A DNA stretch of 64,000 bases from NCBI GenBank assembly GCA_943704425.1, contig CALSCP010000945.1:155165-219164 (forward strand), in the 5' to 3' direction. The notes under the pieces are model-generated. The model was not told the DNA's origin. It worked only from the letters and a program-made list of their open reading frames with translations, and searched no databases. The position numbers and the translations under genes are program-made. Each line of letters begins with the position of its first letter. Position 1 is the stretch's first letter. Positions 1 to 12,542 of this stretch are shown piece by piece. Source of the stretch: Ministeria vibrans ATCC 50519 (lineage: Eukaryota > Protista > Filasterea).

Positions 1-88
<88 letters not shown>
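1..88. repeat. (CT)n microsatellite, runs off the window start
   Basis: Pure TC dinucleotide run. Confidence 0.98.
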
Positions 89-90
<2 letters not shown>

Positions 91-250
91 AAAGACTAAT
101 AATCCCTTGTTTTGCTTCACATAGAAAACAATCGTACCAATTTGATAGAAAATGTGTATTATCACTCAGCGCAACAACCCTTTTTCTCTCGCCTCTCTCT
201 TATCACTATCGCGCCCCTAAAAAATGTGCTTGTCTCACATCCATTGAGAA

Positions 251-3200
251 TCAAGCGATCGACTCATCATCGAGCGCATCAGCCTCCTTCACAGCACTCT
301 TCTTGGTGCGCACAGTAGCTCGGGTTGTCGTTGTTGTGGTAGTGGTCGTCGTCGTACGGCGCACTCCCTCAGGCGACCCCTGTGGCGATTCTGGTGCTGA
401 TCGTCCTCCCCCTTCACCTGTCTCCTTCTTCTTCTTGACCACCACCACTTTAGTTGTGCTCTTTCCGTCCTCGCTTGTTGCCTTCTTCTTCACCACTGTC
501 GTCTTGCGCTTCACTCCCACCACCGTTTTCTTCTTCTCCCCTCCACCCTCGCTCTTGTTCGTCGAGACCACCACAGTCGCACCTGTTTTCACTTGCTCCT
601 CCTTCTTCGCTTCCACCCCTTCAACTTCTCCCTTCTTCACACCCACTTCCTCCTCCTCTTTCGTTTCCTCCTCCTCTTTGGCGTCGTCAGTCGGCACCGC
701 ATCCATCAACACCTTAGATGACGACTTGCGTTTCGCAACAAGCACAGTGCGCTCGTGACCCTTAGCTTCCGCGTGTGTCGGTGTCTCTTCCATGTTGCTC
801 TTGGACGACTTTCGATGCAACACCACCACTGTGCGCTCCCTGTGCGCCCCCTCTTCGTCACCAGCAACACTCCCAGTCTCAACACCGGTCTCACTCTCAT
901 TTGCTGCACCCTTATCTCGTCGCGACGCCGCGCGCTTCACAACCGTCTTCTTCGTGGTCGTCGTCGTCCCATCCCCACTCGTACCACTCGCTGGCATTGC
1001 AGAGTCCGCTCCCTTGGGCTTCATCGAAGCCTTGTGCTGTCCCTGTTCCCCTTTCTTCCTGGTCACCACTACCGTCTTCTTCACCGCTGTGGGCGATACA
1101 TTCGCCTCTGCAACTTTCTCCGTCTGCTCAACCTTCTTTTCGTCCATTTCTGCTTGTTCTTTCTCCACAGCTCGCTCGACAACAGGTTCGGTCACTTGCG
1201 CTGGTGCCACCGTCGACAACGACGTTACCGTCGTCTCAACTTCCTCCACTGGCGTTGCCTCTTCTTGGTGCAACTCGGCCACAAGATCTTTGAGTGCAAC
1301 TTCGCGCTCTGCTGCTCGTGCAGCCCTTAGCTGCTTCCGAGACGCGGTTGCTGCCTCGCGGTCGCGTTGTGCCACCTTCAATTGCTGCTTGGTCGTCCCC
1401 CGTTCCTCTGTCGCATCACTCGCTGCATTCTTCTCTTCGGCGTCTTTCGCTGCCTTTGCTGCCTTGTGGCGTCCCGCCGCAGAGATAATTTTGGTGGTGG
1501 AAACATCAGCATCGGCAGTCGCGGACGCAGTCGCAGCTGCAGGTTCGGTTGCAGTTGCAAGTTCGGTTGCAGCTGCAGGTTCGGTCGTAGCTGCAGTCGC
1601 ACCCGCCTCTTTGTGCTTGCCAGCTGACGAGCGATGCCGGACAAGCTTAGTCACCGTCGTCTTGGTTGTCTTCTTGGTTGCGCTTGCAGGAGCAGCGGGA
1701 GCAAGAGTCATTGCCTCAGCAGATGCGACGACCGTAGTGTTTGAGGCGGGTTGTGTCTCTTTCAGGCCGGCTGGCGGTGTGTTGGAACGAGCACGAATCT
1801 TTGCGGTGGCATCGCCATTCGACGCTTCGAGGACGTCCATAGACGCTAGAGTGCGTGCAGCAGCGGCAGCAATGGCACGCTCGATGCGCAAATCATTATC
1901 ATCTTCCGAATCGACACTCGTGCTGCTCGGTCGGTCCTTCTTGGAGGGCGGCGGAGTGCCGCGACGTCGTACACGGTGCCCCGCCACGTCCGAGTCTTTC
2001 AACTGCGACACCATGAGCACTTCGGGCGAGTCCTCGTCAAACACCTGACTCGGCGGTGGGGTGCCCCGTCGCCGCATGCGGTGACTGTCATCCTTGAGTG
2101 TACGCAACACCGCCGGTTGTGCCTGTTCCTCCTGTGCCGCCTTGAGCAGTGCAGCACGCGTGTTTGAAATGTCCTCCGATTCGTCCACGTTCTCGGTGCG
2201 TGCCGGTGGCGGTGGCGAGCCCCTGTGAGGACGTTTAATGGCGTGTGCGCCTGACGACTTTTGACGCTGGAGAGGCTGACTGTCGGCCGGCTCGGCATGA
2301 TCATGAGCTTCGGTGTCGACGGCACCACGATGAGGTCGCTTGATCTTGTGTGGCTGGTAGTGGGCAGCATTGTGCCCTTCCTGATGCTCGTGTTCATGCC
2401 CGTGCTTGTCTTGGCCGTGTTGCTGCCCATGCTCATGTTGGTGTTGGTTGCCTTCGTCGACTTTAGTGCTTGTGGTGGTGGGCGGCGGGGAACGCCTGCG
2501 GATGCTCTTGATGCGTTTCGGACCAGCAGCGGTCGTCTGGCGCACGTAGGGCTCCTCATTGTCGTCGCCGCGCAGTTGGCCCTTGGTCTCCAGATGGGCT
2601 TTCATGGTGGCGACGCGTTCTCGCAAGATGGTCGCCTCAACTTCGTCGGCGACAGACGTGGAAGGCGGTGGTGGTGTGATGGCACGTCGGTGGTGCTCTT
2701 CCTCTTTGACGCGCTCCTGCTCCTCTTGTTCCCGTTGATTGGCAGCGGCAGCGGCGGCGGTCAGTCTCTCCAGATCAATGGTGGCCGGATGAGGCGACGA
2801 GAGCGAGCGACGATGGCCAGGCTGGTGCTGCTGCGCAGCGGCGGACGAACGGCGTTTCTTGGGCTCGGCAGCGGCGTGACGAGGCACAAAGGGAGGCACG
2901 TCTGGAAGAGGCACGAGAGGCTGGGTGGTCGAATCGAGATCAAAGGATGAGGCAATTTGACGGAGATGCGTGACAATTTCGTGGGCGTAAGGGCGCGACG
3001 AGCTGTCGTGGTTCATGCAGAGACGTGCAAGGTCGGCCAGGCCCGACAGCGGCTCGGGCAAGTTGGACGGGCACTGGGGTCGCAGTTTAATGTTGTTGTT
3101 GGCGACGTCGTTGACGACGGCCTCCCAGCCACGGGAGGCCACCGCCTCCGAGTGGGGCTCCTTGCCCGTGAGGAGTTCAACAAAGAAGACACCCAGCGAG

Positions 3201-5234
3201 TAGATGTCGGCACGGTGGCCGTAGGGGTTCTTGTGCCAAACCTCGGGGGCCATGTAGACGGGAGTGCCGACGGGGAACTGCACGTGGTTGACCATGTCGG
3301 AGAGGTGCAGCATGGTAGAGACGCCAAAGTCGGCGAGGACCAGATGGCGATGGTCGCCCGAGAGAAGAATGTTGTCAGGTTTGAAATCGCGATGCATTAG
3401 ATTGTTCTTGTGCATCGCATCGAGTGCCGACGTTGCCTGGAAGCAGATGCGCAGGACCTGTTCGGGCGACATTCGCACGTTGTGCTTGTACAGCGCGTCG
3501 TAGAGCGTGCCACCCTGGTACAGCGACATGACCAAACACAGATTGGGAGGACGCAACGACGCAGCAACAATACCCACCGAGTGGCGACTGGCGCGGCCCA
3601 TCTTGGACATGATGGTCACCTCGTTGATGAACACCGCTTGGTCGTCACCCCCCATGTCGTCGGGAAACGTCTTCACTGCAACCGCCTCGCCCCGGTATGA
3701 GCCCAGGAACACCTTGCCAAACGACCCTGCTCCAAGCACCTTCTCCAGCCACGCTCCATCGTGATCATCCTAAAACAAAACAAAAAAACAAAAACAAAAC
3801 AAAAAAATTCTCCGTCAATGTCGTTCTTTTTTTTTTTTTTTCGGACTTCGCAATTTGTGTTTTCATCGCCGCAGCACCATAAAAACTCGTCGCGAGGCTT
3901 GCCCTTGGAGTCAAAGGTGCCAATCCAGTGGGCGTCAATGGCAAGGCGCGCGCCCTCCTCCTTGGGAAGCACTTCAAGAACACGGTTGAACGGATCCCAC
4001 TCCTTGGCGTACGAAATGTACTTGGAGCGGGTGGGTGCCTGCAACTTGGTCGAGACAATCTGAAAGTTGGGGCCTGCGGGGCCAGCGGCGGCGCCTGCGC
4101 CTGCCGCGCCAGCAGTGACCTTGGTAGCGGCCGCACCGTACCCGCGCACTTTGGTCTTCTTCTTCATGATCCACGGCGAGTCGTCGGGTGCCATGTGCAA
4201 CAGCTGGTGCACAATGTCCACTGTGTTCTCCATGAGCGGGTTCGAGTCGCACCCCAGTAGCTGGTCCAGGCCCGCCTTGCCGTTAGTGCTCCAGTCCTTG
4301 TAACCGCGTCTCTCCAGATCCGACTCCACTTCGAGACGCAAATTCTCGCGCACCACTTCCTCCTCGACGTGCTTGATGGAGCCCAGCTGAGTCGTCACGC
4401 GCGTCTTGAGCTGGCCCATCTCGTCGAATTCGTGCAGCATAACAGCAGCAAACGCCAGACTGAACCGCCACAGAAAAAAAAAGAGTCAAACAGTGCCATT
4501 CATGGGAAAGGATCAAATGCGTGACGAAGAGGGTACGAATAAGGGAGAACTGTTCAAAATAGAGGCGGGGGGGCAGACGACAAGTCGATGGGGCGTTCAA
4601 AATGGAGCGCAAGGGCGAAAAACACACAATGCATATTACGTCAACAAACTTGCCACAAAAAAAAAAAAAAAAGAAGGAGAAGAAAGGCACTTACGCAATA
4701 GCAGTGGCAACAGCCTCTTCACGAGAGCGAGCATGGAGCTTGGCGAGCGGTGGGAAGTCGCTGGCGAGCGCCTGGCCAATGTCCGATTCGAGATTGACAC
4801 CAGTCAGGGTTGAAAGTTCCTCCTTGGCAGGAAAGGTGCCACGCCGCTCTTGCATGCCGAGGACCTGCGTGGGAGAAGGGGTGGGGTGGGTGGGAAGGAA
4901 GGGGGTGAGAGGAAGGCAGGGAGAGGCGGAGAGAGAGCGCGGGGACGACGAAAGCAGCGACAAATGATCGCACTTGAGGCACAGTCGACACACCCGGTGG
5001 CAGCGGGGTCTGCGACGACTCCCACGGTCCCCTGCCTACCTGAACCAAGTCCATTTTGGCGCGCACGACGCTGCGGCCGACGATGGTGCGCGGCCGTCCC
5101 TCCGAGTCGTCCACATAGTCTTCCTCTTTGTAGCGCTCCTCGATCTGCGCATAGTCATCGGCGCTGATCGAACCCGCCTCTTGCAGTTCTTTTCGTCGCC
5201 CCTTGAGTTTGGAGCTCAACTCCGACAAATACAT
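251..5234 (-). CDS. Multi-exon TKL-like Ser/Thr protein kinase with long low-complexity C-terminal tail
   Basis: Motifs GAGSFG, VAVK, HRDFKPDNILL, LADFG, GTPVYMAPE in ORF 251-3739. Upstream exons (about 5234-4994, 4864-4695, 4459-3846) join through GT-AG introns, giving ...ENTNCE|DDHDGAWLEKVLGAGSFG. Confidence 0.9.
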
Positions 5235-5364
5235 GACGTGATGTAGTTGAAATTAAAAAAAAAATGTCAGATCGATCATCGATCATAGACAGTCACTGAA
5301 GTCTTCTAAGATCCCCTGAAACTTTTTCACTTCATTCATTCATCTAAGATCTTAAATTTTTAAT

Positions 5365-5898
5365 ATGAACCTCGTGTTTATACATGGTCCAGCTGCCGTG
5401 GGAAAGTACACAGTGGGATCGCGCGTGGCGGAAGCGCTTGGATACGAATTGTTTCACAATCACCTAATTGTCAACAAAGTGCTTGCCAAACACGAATTTG
5501 GAACGCCGGCGTTTGTAGAGATGCGCGAGGGGCTGTGGCTGGACGCCTTTGAAGCGTATGCGTCCAAGGACACGTCGGTGGTCTTTACGTTCTGTCCAGA
5601 GCGCACTGTCCGCTGTGAGTTTATCGACCGTCTGGGCGAACTTGTCGAGCGCCACGGCGGACGGATCCTCTACGTCGAACTGTATGCCGCAGAGGAGGTT
5701 GTGGAGGGTCGCATGGAGAATGCCTCGCGCGTCGCCATGCACAAGCTGGCCTCTACTCCGCTCTACCGCAGACTGCGCGGCCAGGGCGCATTCCAATTTG
5801 ACGCTCTCCCTTCGCCCCTTGTGCGCGTCGACACGGCAAAGAGCGAGCCCGACGAGAGTTGCAAAATGATATGTGATGTAATACGAAGTGTGCTGTGA
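5365..5898 (+). CDS. Intronless P-loop kinase/AAA_33-like protein (shikimate/nucleotide kinase fold), bacterial type
   Basis: N-terminal LVFIHGPAAVGKYTVG Walker A, followed by LFHNH, EFGTPAF, VVFTF and YVEL motifs typical of a bacterial family. Confidence 0.85.
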   Translation: MNLVFIHGPAAVGKYTVGSRVAEALGYELFHNHLIVNKVLAKHEFGTPAFVEMREGLWLDAFEAYASKDTSVVFTFCPERTVRCEFIDRLGELVERHGGRILYVELYAAEEVVEGRMENASRVAMHKLASTPLYRRLRGQGAFQFDALPSPLVRVDTAKSEPDESCKMICDVIRSVL

Positions 5899-6486
5899 TA
5901 TACGTAAGTATAAATTATACGTTGTGTTTCTTCCTTTCCCATTTGGTGTTCCACCCTCTCGCCGGCCAACAGCGTGCCGATCGAGGTCCATGCTTCTTTT
6001 TACAACCACTGAAAACGCACGTACGAGCCAAAGACCCGCCTGGTGGGGTCGGCGCACGCGAGCACAAAAACAAACAGAGGAGCACACGCCATGTAGCCGG
6101 GGGACGCTGTCGTCTTCCAGACATCTAGACGGGTGCTTTGTGTTGTAGAGAATCAACTCCAGTGCAGGGCTACAGGCAAGTGTGCTGGAATGGTGTTCCG
6201 AGGTGAGAAAGAAGAACCTAGTAGCTGGCACAGCATAACTGCACGTCTGCGCATTCGCGATCCACTCCCAATGACCACCAAACCAAGACCAGAGAGAGTA
6301 AGCGCCGATTTTGGACTAAGATAGCAGTGTTTTGAGTGAGTACTGAGTCTCTTCTCATAAGTCATAGAACGACAGACAGTCGACTCACAGAGAACGTTCT
6401 TGACATGAGTATGACGAACTTGGAGTCAGTGAGTTGAGTCAGTAGTCACTTTGATTGCTCATTCCCTCCACTTACTCATTGTCTCA

Positions 6487-7985
6487 ATGGAGCTCATACT
6501 ATCAGCTGGTGTCTCTGACGATGTGATCAGTGTATGGGACCCTCGCACAGCAGCCGTCTCTCAGTCGTTTGTTGGCGTACGCTTCCGCCAAAATGCATCG
6601 AGGGAACTTGAGTTGATCTTGGGGGTTTTTTTAGTCTGCTGGTGTTAGAAAGTCGTGTGCCTGCATTGTGGGCTCGGGCCATGTGATGGCTGTGAGCGAG
6701 GGGCGCCCTACGATCAATTCGTGGCAATGGGAGCAGGTATGTGTGACTCTCGCGTGGACCTTTTTTTTTTTTTTGACATTGACAATGTCGCAGAACACTG
6801 TTCGAGTCAAACGAACGCCGCCGCCGTCTCTCTCGACGATTGTAGCGTCGCCCAATGGCCTGTACCTCTTTGGTGCGTGTAGCAAGGGATACATTTACGC
6901 CTGGCTGGTACGGACACTGCGCGTGACGACCCGTCTGCTCATTCCTTGACTCTCCTCCCGCTCAGATTTCAACGAGTGCAATGGTCGCGTCGTTTCGCGC
7001 GCACGACAAAGAGATCACCGTGATGCGGGTCAGCGACGACGGCTCGTGTCTGGTCAGCGGCAGTAGTGATGCGCTGATTCACGTGTGGCGTACGTCGAGC
7101 ATAACGGCTGCGTCTCTGTCGTCTCAGCCGTCTCAGTCGTCCGCCAGCGTTTCGCTTGTACGGCCCACTGTGGCCTTCCAGGAACACGGTCTTCCCGTGA
7201 CCGACTTACATATTGGCATTGGAGGAGCGTCGGGGCGCGTTGCCTCTGTCAGTGTCGACCGAACGTGCAAGGTAGCAGCAACTCGTTTGTAGATTGCCTA
7301 CTAATTATATGCATATGATTAGCTGTGGGAACTCGGAACGGGTCAACTACTAGCGAGCTTTGCGTTCCCGTGCGGGCTCTCGTCGGTGACAATGGACGGC
7401 AGTGAGCAGACGCTGTGCGCAGGCGGCGACAACGGCTCTATCTACGTCGTGTCACTGACCCCACGCGCCGCGTCTGCTGCGGGTCATGCTGCCTCCTACG
7501 CCTCTCAGGCCGATATCGAGCGCACTCTAGAGTCTGCCAAGGATGTCCTTGTGGGCCATACGTAAGACCAACCCCAAGCGAGTGCAGAGCGTCTTTGTTC
7601 ATGTTTTTTTTTTCACTTTGCCCTGACTCTCCTTGTCACTTTAAGTCATTATCACTTTGCTTCTTTCTCACTTTATTCTTTCTTCTACTTCCCTCCTTGC
7701 AGTGGACGCGTGACCCATCTTGTGTTGACAGTCGATGGGTCGCACCTGACGAGCGGCAGCAGCGATAGTAGTGTGGTTGTGTGGGATGTGCCCACGCGCA
7801 CCGCTCTGCGCTCCTTCACCGCCCACAAAGGCCCCATCAGCGCACTCCTTCCCGTCCCCTTCCACCGCTCCCCTTCCTCTCTCGCTCTTTCCCCCTTTCC
7901 CGTCACTCTCGACACTGTCCTTGACCCCGAATCAGCCGCAGCAAAGCCTCTCCCAACAATCCACCTCTCAAACTTTGTACAATGA
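6487..7985 (+). CDS. WDR18: WD40-repeat protein WDR18/Ipi3 (rixosome subunit), multi-exon
   Basis: VISVWD, SPNGLYLFGACSKGYIYAW, FRAHDKEITVMRVSDDGSCLVSGSSDALIHVW, HGLPVTDLHIGIGG, RVASVSVDRTCK|LWE match the WDR18/Ipi3 pattern. Confidence 0.85.
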
Positions 7986-8008
7986 AACAAACTCAATAAT
8001 GTACTCTT

Positions 8009-11000
8009 TTACACCGAGAGCATTGCCAGCGCCCGCTCATACGACGCCCGCTCCCCCTTCGCCTCCCGCATTCCCTCATAGTACTCCGCACGAACATCCT
8101 CTGGCAATCGCTCGTTCATTGACAGTTTCTCCAAGCGCGCATACTATGGAAAGAAAAGAACCAAGAACAATGAAACGCATGTAAAATGCTAACTTGTGTG
8201 GCGCACCGTTTTGGTAAGCTTTGCAATCTTGTTGCGAAACTGAGCAGCACATTTTGGCTTGTCGACATTGGCAGAAGCGGGATCCATCCACACAACGGCG
8301 CTGGCAGCAGGGGCGGGCATGCACAGGGCGCCCGTGGTACTGCCGGCGGGAGTCTCGCCCGCGTGCACTGCGACGCCCTTGGGCACATGCCACTGTTTGC
8401 GCAGCACATTGGTGAAGCAGCCCAGCCGCACTGCCTGTGCAAAGTTGTCCACCACCACCCACATGTCGCTCGGCGTGCTCCCGTACACACCGAACAAGCT
8501 CCTATTCAAAATGAGTCAGACTGGGTGTGCATGTGTGTGAGTGTACATACCTGAGCGATCGTCCTGCGCGCAACAGCTCAAGCCACTGCTCCACATCGCA
8601 CTGCACCTGTGCCGCATCACACACGTCTGTGCCCACCAGTGGATACGCCCGCTCCAGCACCGACTCGCCCCGGGCCAGTCCGCCTGGCACCCCCAGCGGA
8701 CTTGTCGCCGTGCTCGTCAGTGTTTGGTACACTTCTTCGCTAACGAACGGTGCAAACGGATGAAGCAACCGGGTAAAGTCGCACAGGAGTCCTATGGCAA
8801 CAGACAGAGCTATCGTTTTGTTTTGAACAAGAAAAAGAAGAAAAATGAGTGTTCGAAGACGTTTTATCAACTTTGGTGGCTTACCTTCTTGGGAATGATT
8901 GTAGAAACGGTCCTTGTTCAACTCAAGATAGACCGAACAGAAGTCGTCGCGAAAGAAGTCGTGAAGAGCCGTCACAGCTACTTCAAAGTTATTGGAGAGC
9001 AGTCCGTCACTGACCGTACCAACCACTGCAGCAAAGAAGACAAAGAAGAAGAATAAGAAGAAGAGAAAAGAATAAGGGGAAGGGAAAGGAGAAGAAAAGA
9101 AGGAGGAAAAGGNNNNNNNNNNNNNNNNNNNNNNNNNNNNNNNNNNNNNNNNNNNNNNNNNNNNNNNNNNNNNNNNNNNNNNNNNNNNNNNNNNNNNNNN
9201 NNNNNNNNNNNNNNNNNNNNNNNNNNNNNNNNNNNNNNNNNNNNNNNNNNNNNNNNNNNNNNNNNNNNNNNNNNNNNNNNNNNNNNNNNNNNNNNNNNNN
9301 NNNNNNNNNNNNNNNNNNNNNNNNNNNNNNNNNNNNNNNNNNNNNNNNNNNNNNNNNNNNNNNNNNNNNNNNNNNNNNNNNNNNNNNNNNNNNAAACTCT
9401 GCTTCAATCCAACTAATACACAGTAAGATACCAGTCAGTGTACTGTTTCTAATATATTGCTATGCTGTTTGTTACCGGTCCATTAGAAAGAGCAGCGCAT
9501 TGTCGATCTTTGTGACAAACTTGCGCATCTTGACACAGCGCTCGACGTCAAACACGACATCTAACTCAGCTGTTTCGCGGTGTACCGGCGACCGTGCACT
9601 CCCCAAGTCGCACACCGCACCACTCAGCAGCCCCAAACGCAGTCCGTCTGCCCCACACGCGACAATGCCCTCCGGGTACTGCTTCTAAACCCATTGTGTG
9701 TGTGAGTGGGGGAGTAATTTACTTTGGATGGTCGCACCTTGAGCCGCTGGAGAGCCTCGGGGGACACTCCCGCTCCCTGTGCCGCACTCACAATCTCGTG
9801 TGAGGTCGCTCCGTCAATCACAAACAACGGATCAATTCCGTTTCCCAGAGACTTGGACATTTTGCGTCGTTGCGTGTCGCGAATGAGACCGTGAAATGCA
9901 GTGCGTTCAAACGGCACAGATTGGTTAGAAGACAACTACAAACAGGTTGGTGCCCAATTCTNNNNNNNNNNNNNNNNNNNNNNNNNNNNNNNNNNNNCTT
10001 GTTCTTTTTTCTTTGTTCTTTTTTCTTTGTTCTTCTCTCCTTTCTCCTTTTTTTTCTTCTCTCCCTTTTCTTTTCTCTTCTCTCTTGTTTTTCTTGTTTT
10101 TTCTCACCTCCCCTGAAAGCATTGCCATGCGTGCCACCCAGAAGTACAGAATGTCGTTGCCGGTAAGCATAACCGAAATGGGGACTCCGTCGCGCGCACT
10201 GGCAAGCGGAAGCAGTGCCGACGAGAACCACGTGTCAAGCACGTCGTCGTCCTGTGCCAATGCCAAGCCCCCATTGTGTTGTTGTTGCTGTTGTTGCCAG
10301 CAGTCCAAATGGCCCACCATCTTGTGTGCCTCCTGTTCGTTCTCGGCAACCACCCACACCCGCGCCTCACTCTCATCGGCACCCAGGCACATCTGCGAGG
10401 ACTCCTCCACGCGCACTCTGTCTGCCTCGCTCAGTGGCTGTGTCCTCTCAAAGTAGAACGCCGGGATGCGATGGCCCCACCACAGCTGGCGTGAGACACA
10501 CCACGACGGCGAGCGATTCAGCCACAGCTTCCACGTCTCCTGCGCACTCCGTGCCATCTGAATGTCTCCCGACCGTGCTGCCTCAATGGCGCGCGCAGCC
10601 ATCCCTCGCGTATCCACATACCACTGCGGCTCCACAAATGACTCTACTAAATCCCCACTCCGTGAGCACACACGCACTGAACCTGTGTGTTTCGTCGACG
10701 ACTCCACCAGTGCGCCACTCTCCGCCAGCGCCGCCACCACGCGCGCCCGTGCCTCAAACCGGTCGAGACTCCGCACGTCCAGCAAAGGTCCCTGAGCCAG
10801 CGCAGTCATCCGTCCCTGTCGATCAATTGCCTCGTCCATGGCCAATTTGTGTCGCTGGCCACACTCGTAGTCGTTTTCATCGTGAGCAGGAGTCACCTAC
10901 AGTGCAAAACATACAAGTCATGCTACATTGTTTTCTTTTTTTTTTCTGTCTTTTACCTTCACCACACCTGTTCCTTTGTCCTGCTGTACAAGTTCACGAT

Positions 11001-11931
11001 CTGCAATGACAGGCAACAAATGACCAGTGAGAGGGTTGATCACGTGCGCTCCAATCAGATGAGCATAGCGCTGGTCTTCAGGGTGCACAGCGACCGCCGC
11101 GTCAACAAAGATGGTTTCGGGTCGGGTTGTTGCGACAAACAGTCCCTTTCCCTTGTTCTCATCTGCAAACCTGTAGTTCACGGTGTGCAAAACGCCAACC
11201 GTGACAGACTTGCGTCCCGGTAGTTGCATTTGTGTCTCTCCAGTCAGCAACACACGATCGACCTAGAGCAACAACAAGACGGTAAACACGCGCTTACTGT
11301 GGTTTCCGTATTCGTCTACCTCAATGTCGGAGAGTGCCGTCTGCAAGTGAGGACACCAGTTGATCATCCGCCGACGGCGCTGCACCAGACCGCGGCGGAA
11401 GAGCTCGACAAAAGAGGCACGGACCAGGTCGGACTTGGAGTCGTCCAACGTGAAGAACTTGTTGTCCCAGTCGAGTGCTGCGCCCGTACGCGCAAGCTGT
11501 CTCTCAATGCGGTCGCCGTAGATGTCGCGCCATGCATGAACAGAGTCAACAAACTTCTTGCGGCCCAATTGATGGCGCGTGAGCTGCTGGGTGCGCCACA
11601 GATGCCTTTCAACAACAGACTGCGTTGCGATTCCCGCATGATCCACACCGGGCGTCCATGACGTCGTGTCGCCACACATGCGACGCCATCGAATCATCAC
11701 GTCACCAATGCTCGCGTTGAGCGCATGTCCCATGTGCAACGATCCCGTGATGTTGGGCGGTGGCAACAAAAGCGAAAAGTGCGACGAAGATGAGGCATCG
11801 CCGCTGCTCTTCGACTCTCGTCGCGTACGGCCCCGTGAAAACAACCCTTTGCTTTGCCACCAGGCATAACGAGCTTCAGGTGTCATCTTGGCGGCGGCGA
11901 TCAAGCTCTTCGCCGAGCCAGGTCTTGACAT
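8009..11931 (-). CDS. VARS: Valyl-tRNA synthetase (possibly the mitochondrial type), multi-exon, spans two N gaps
   Basis: [99 protein letters not shown]. Last exon ends ERALAMLSV*. Confidence 0.95.
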
Positions 11932-12292
11932 GGTCAAAAAAAGTCTTTTATGACTTATGACTTATGAGTAGACAATTCAATCAATCGCTTCCACATCGCT
12001 TCACACACAAACTGGTCGATCAGCCATAATGTCATGACTGACGCATTCACTCATTTATTCATGTCAATAGTGGGCCCCACTTAGAGCAGAATCAGGGCCG
12101 AAAGAGCACAAAACAACAGTTCGTAACTTCTATTCCCTTGCATAACGATGCATTTGCTTTAAAATCTCGCATCGTTGCTGGTTTTTAAAGAGTTGTTTTC
12201 GTCTACTCTTAATGTTTAAATTACCTAAAAAAAATGGAATTTAAAAATATGGTCTAATAGCACAAAAGACAGGATTTTAAAATATGTGAACT

Positions 12293-12363
12293 GTCTGGGT
12301 GGTCTAGTGGTATGATGATCGCCTGCCACGCGGTCGACCCGGGTCCGATTCCCGGTCCAGACA
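12293..12363 (+). tRNA. tRNA-Gly(GCC), atypical
   Basis: Cloverleaf: acceptor GTCTGGG/TCCAGAC plus A73, D-arm GTC-TAGTGGTAT-GAT, anticodon stem ATCGC/GCGGT with loop CT-GCC-AC, T-stem CCGGG/CCCGG with loop TCCGATT. Pol III T-run at 12371-12379. Confidence 0.9.
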
Positions 12364-12542
12364 CTCTCTGTTTTTTTTTGCATTTTTCGTCTCTATCTAT
12401 TGTATGTGTAGAAAAATGTTTTTTTTTCTCGGAATTGGCGACAGAATAGAAAATTAGAAAAAAAATTATGGTTATCATGAACACACAAAACTGTGAAACA
12501 ATTGTCAATCAAAATTCAAACAATCATTCATTTCTTTTCCTA

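Noticed and set aside
303-3764. Long plus-strand ORFs overlapping the kinase (similar shadows over RPGR, the VCA gene and ACAA2)
   Set aside because: Antisense shadows of GC-rich or low-complexity coding sequence.
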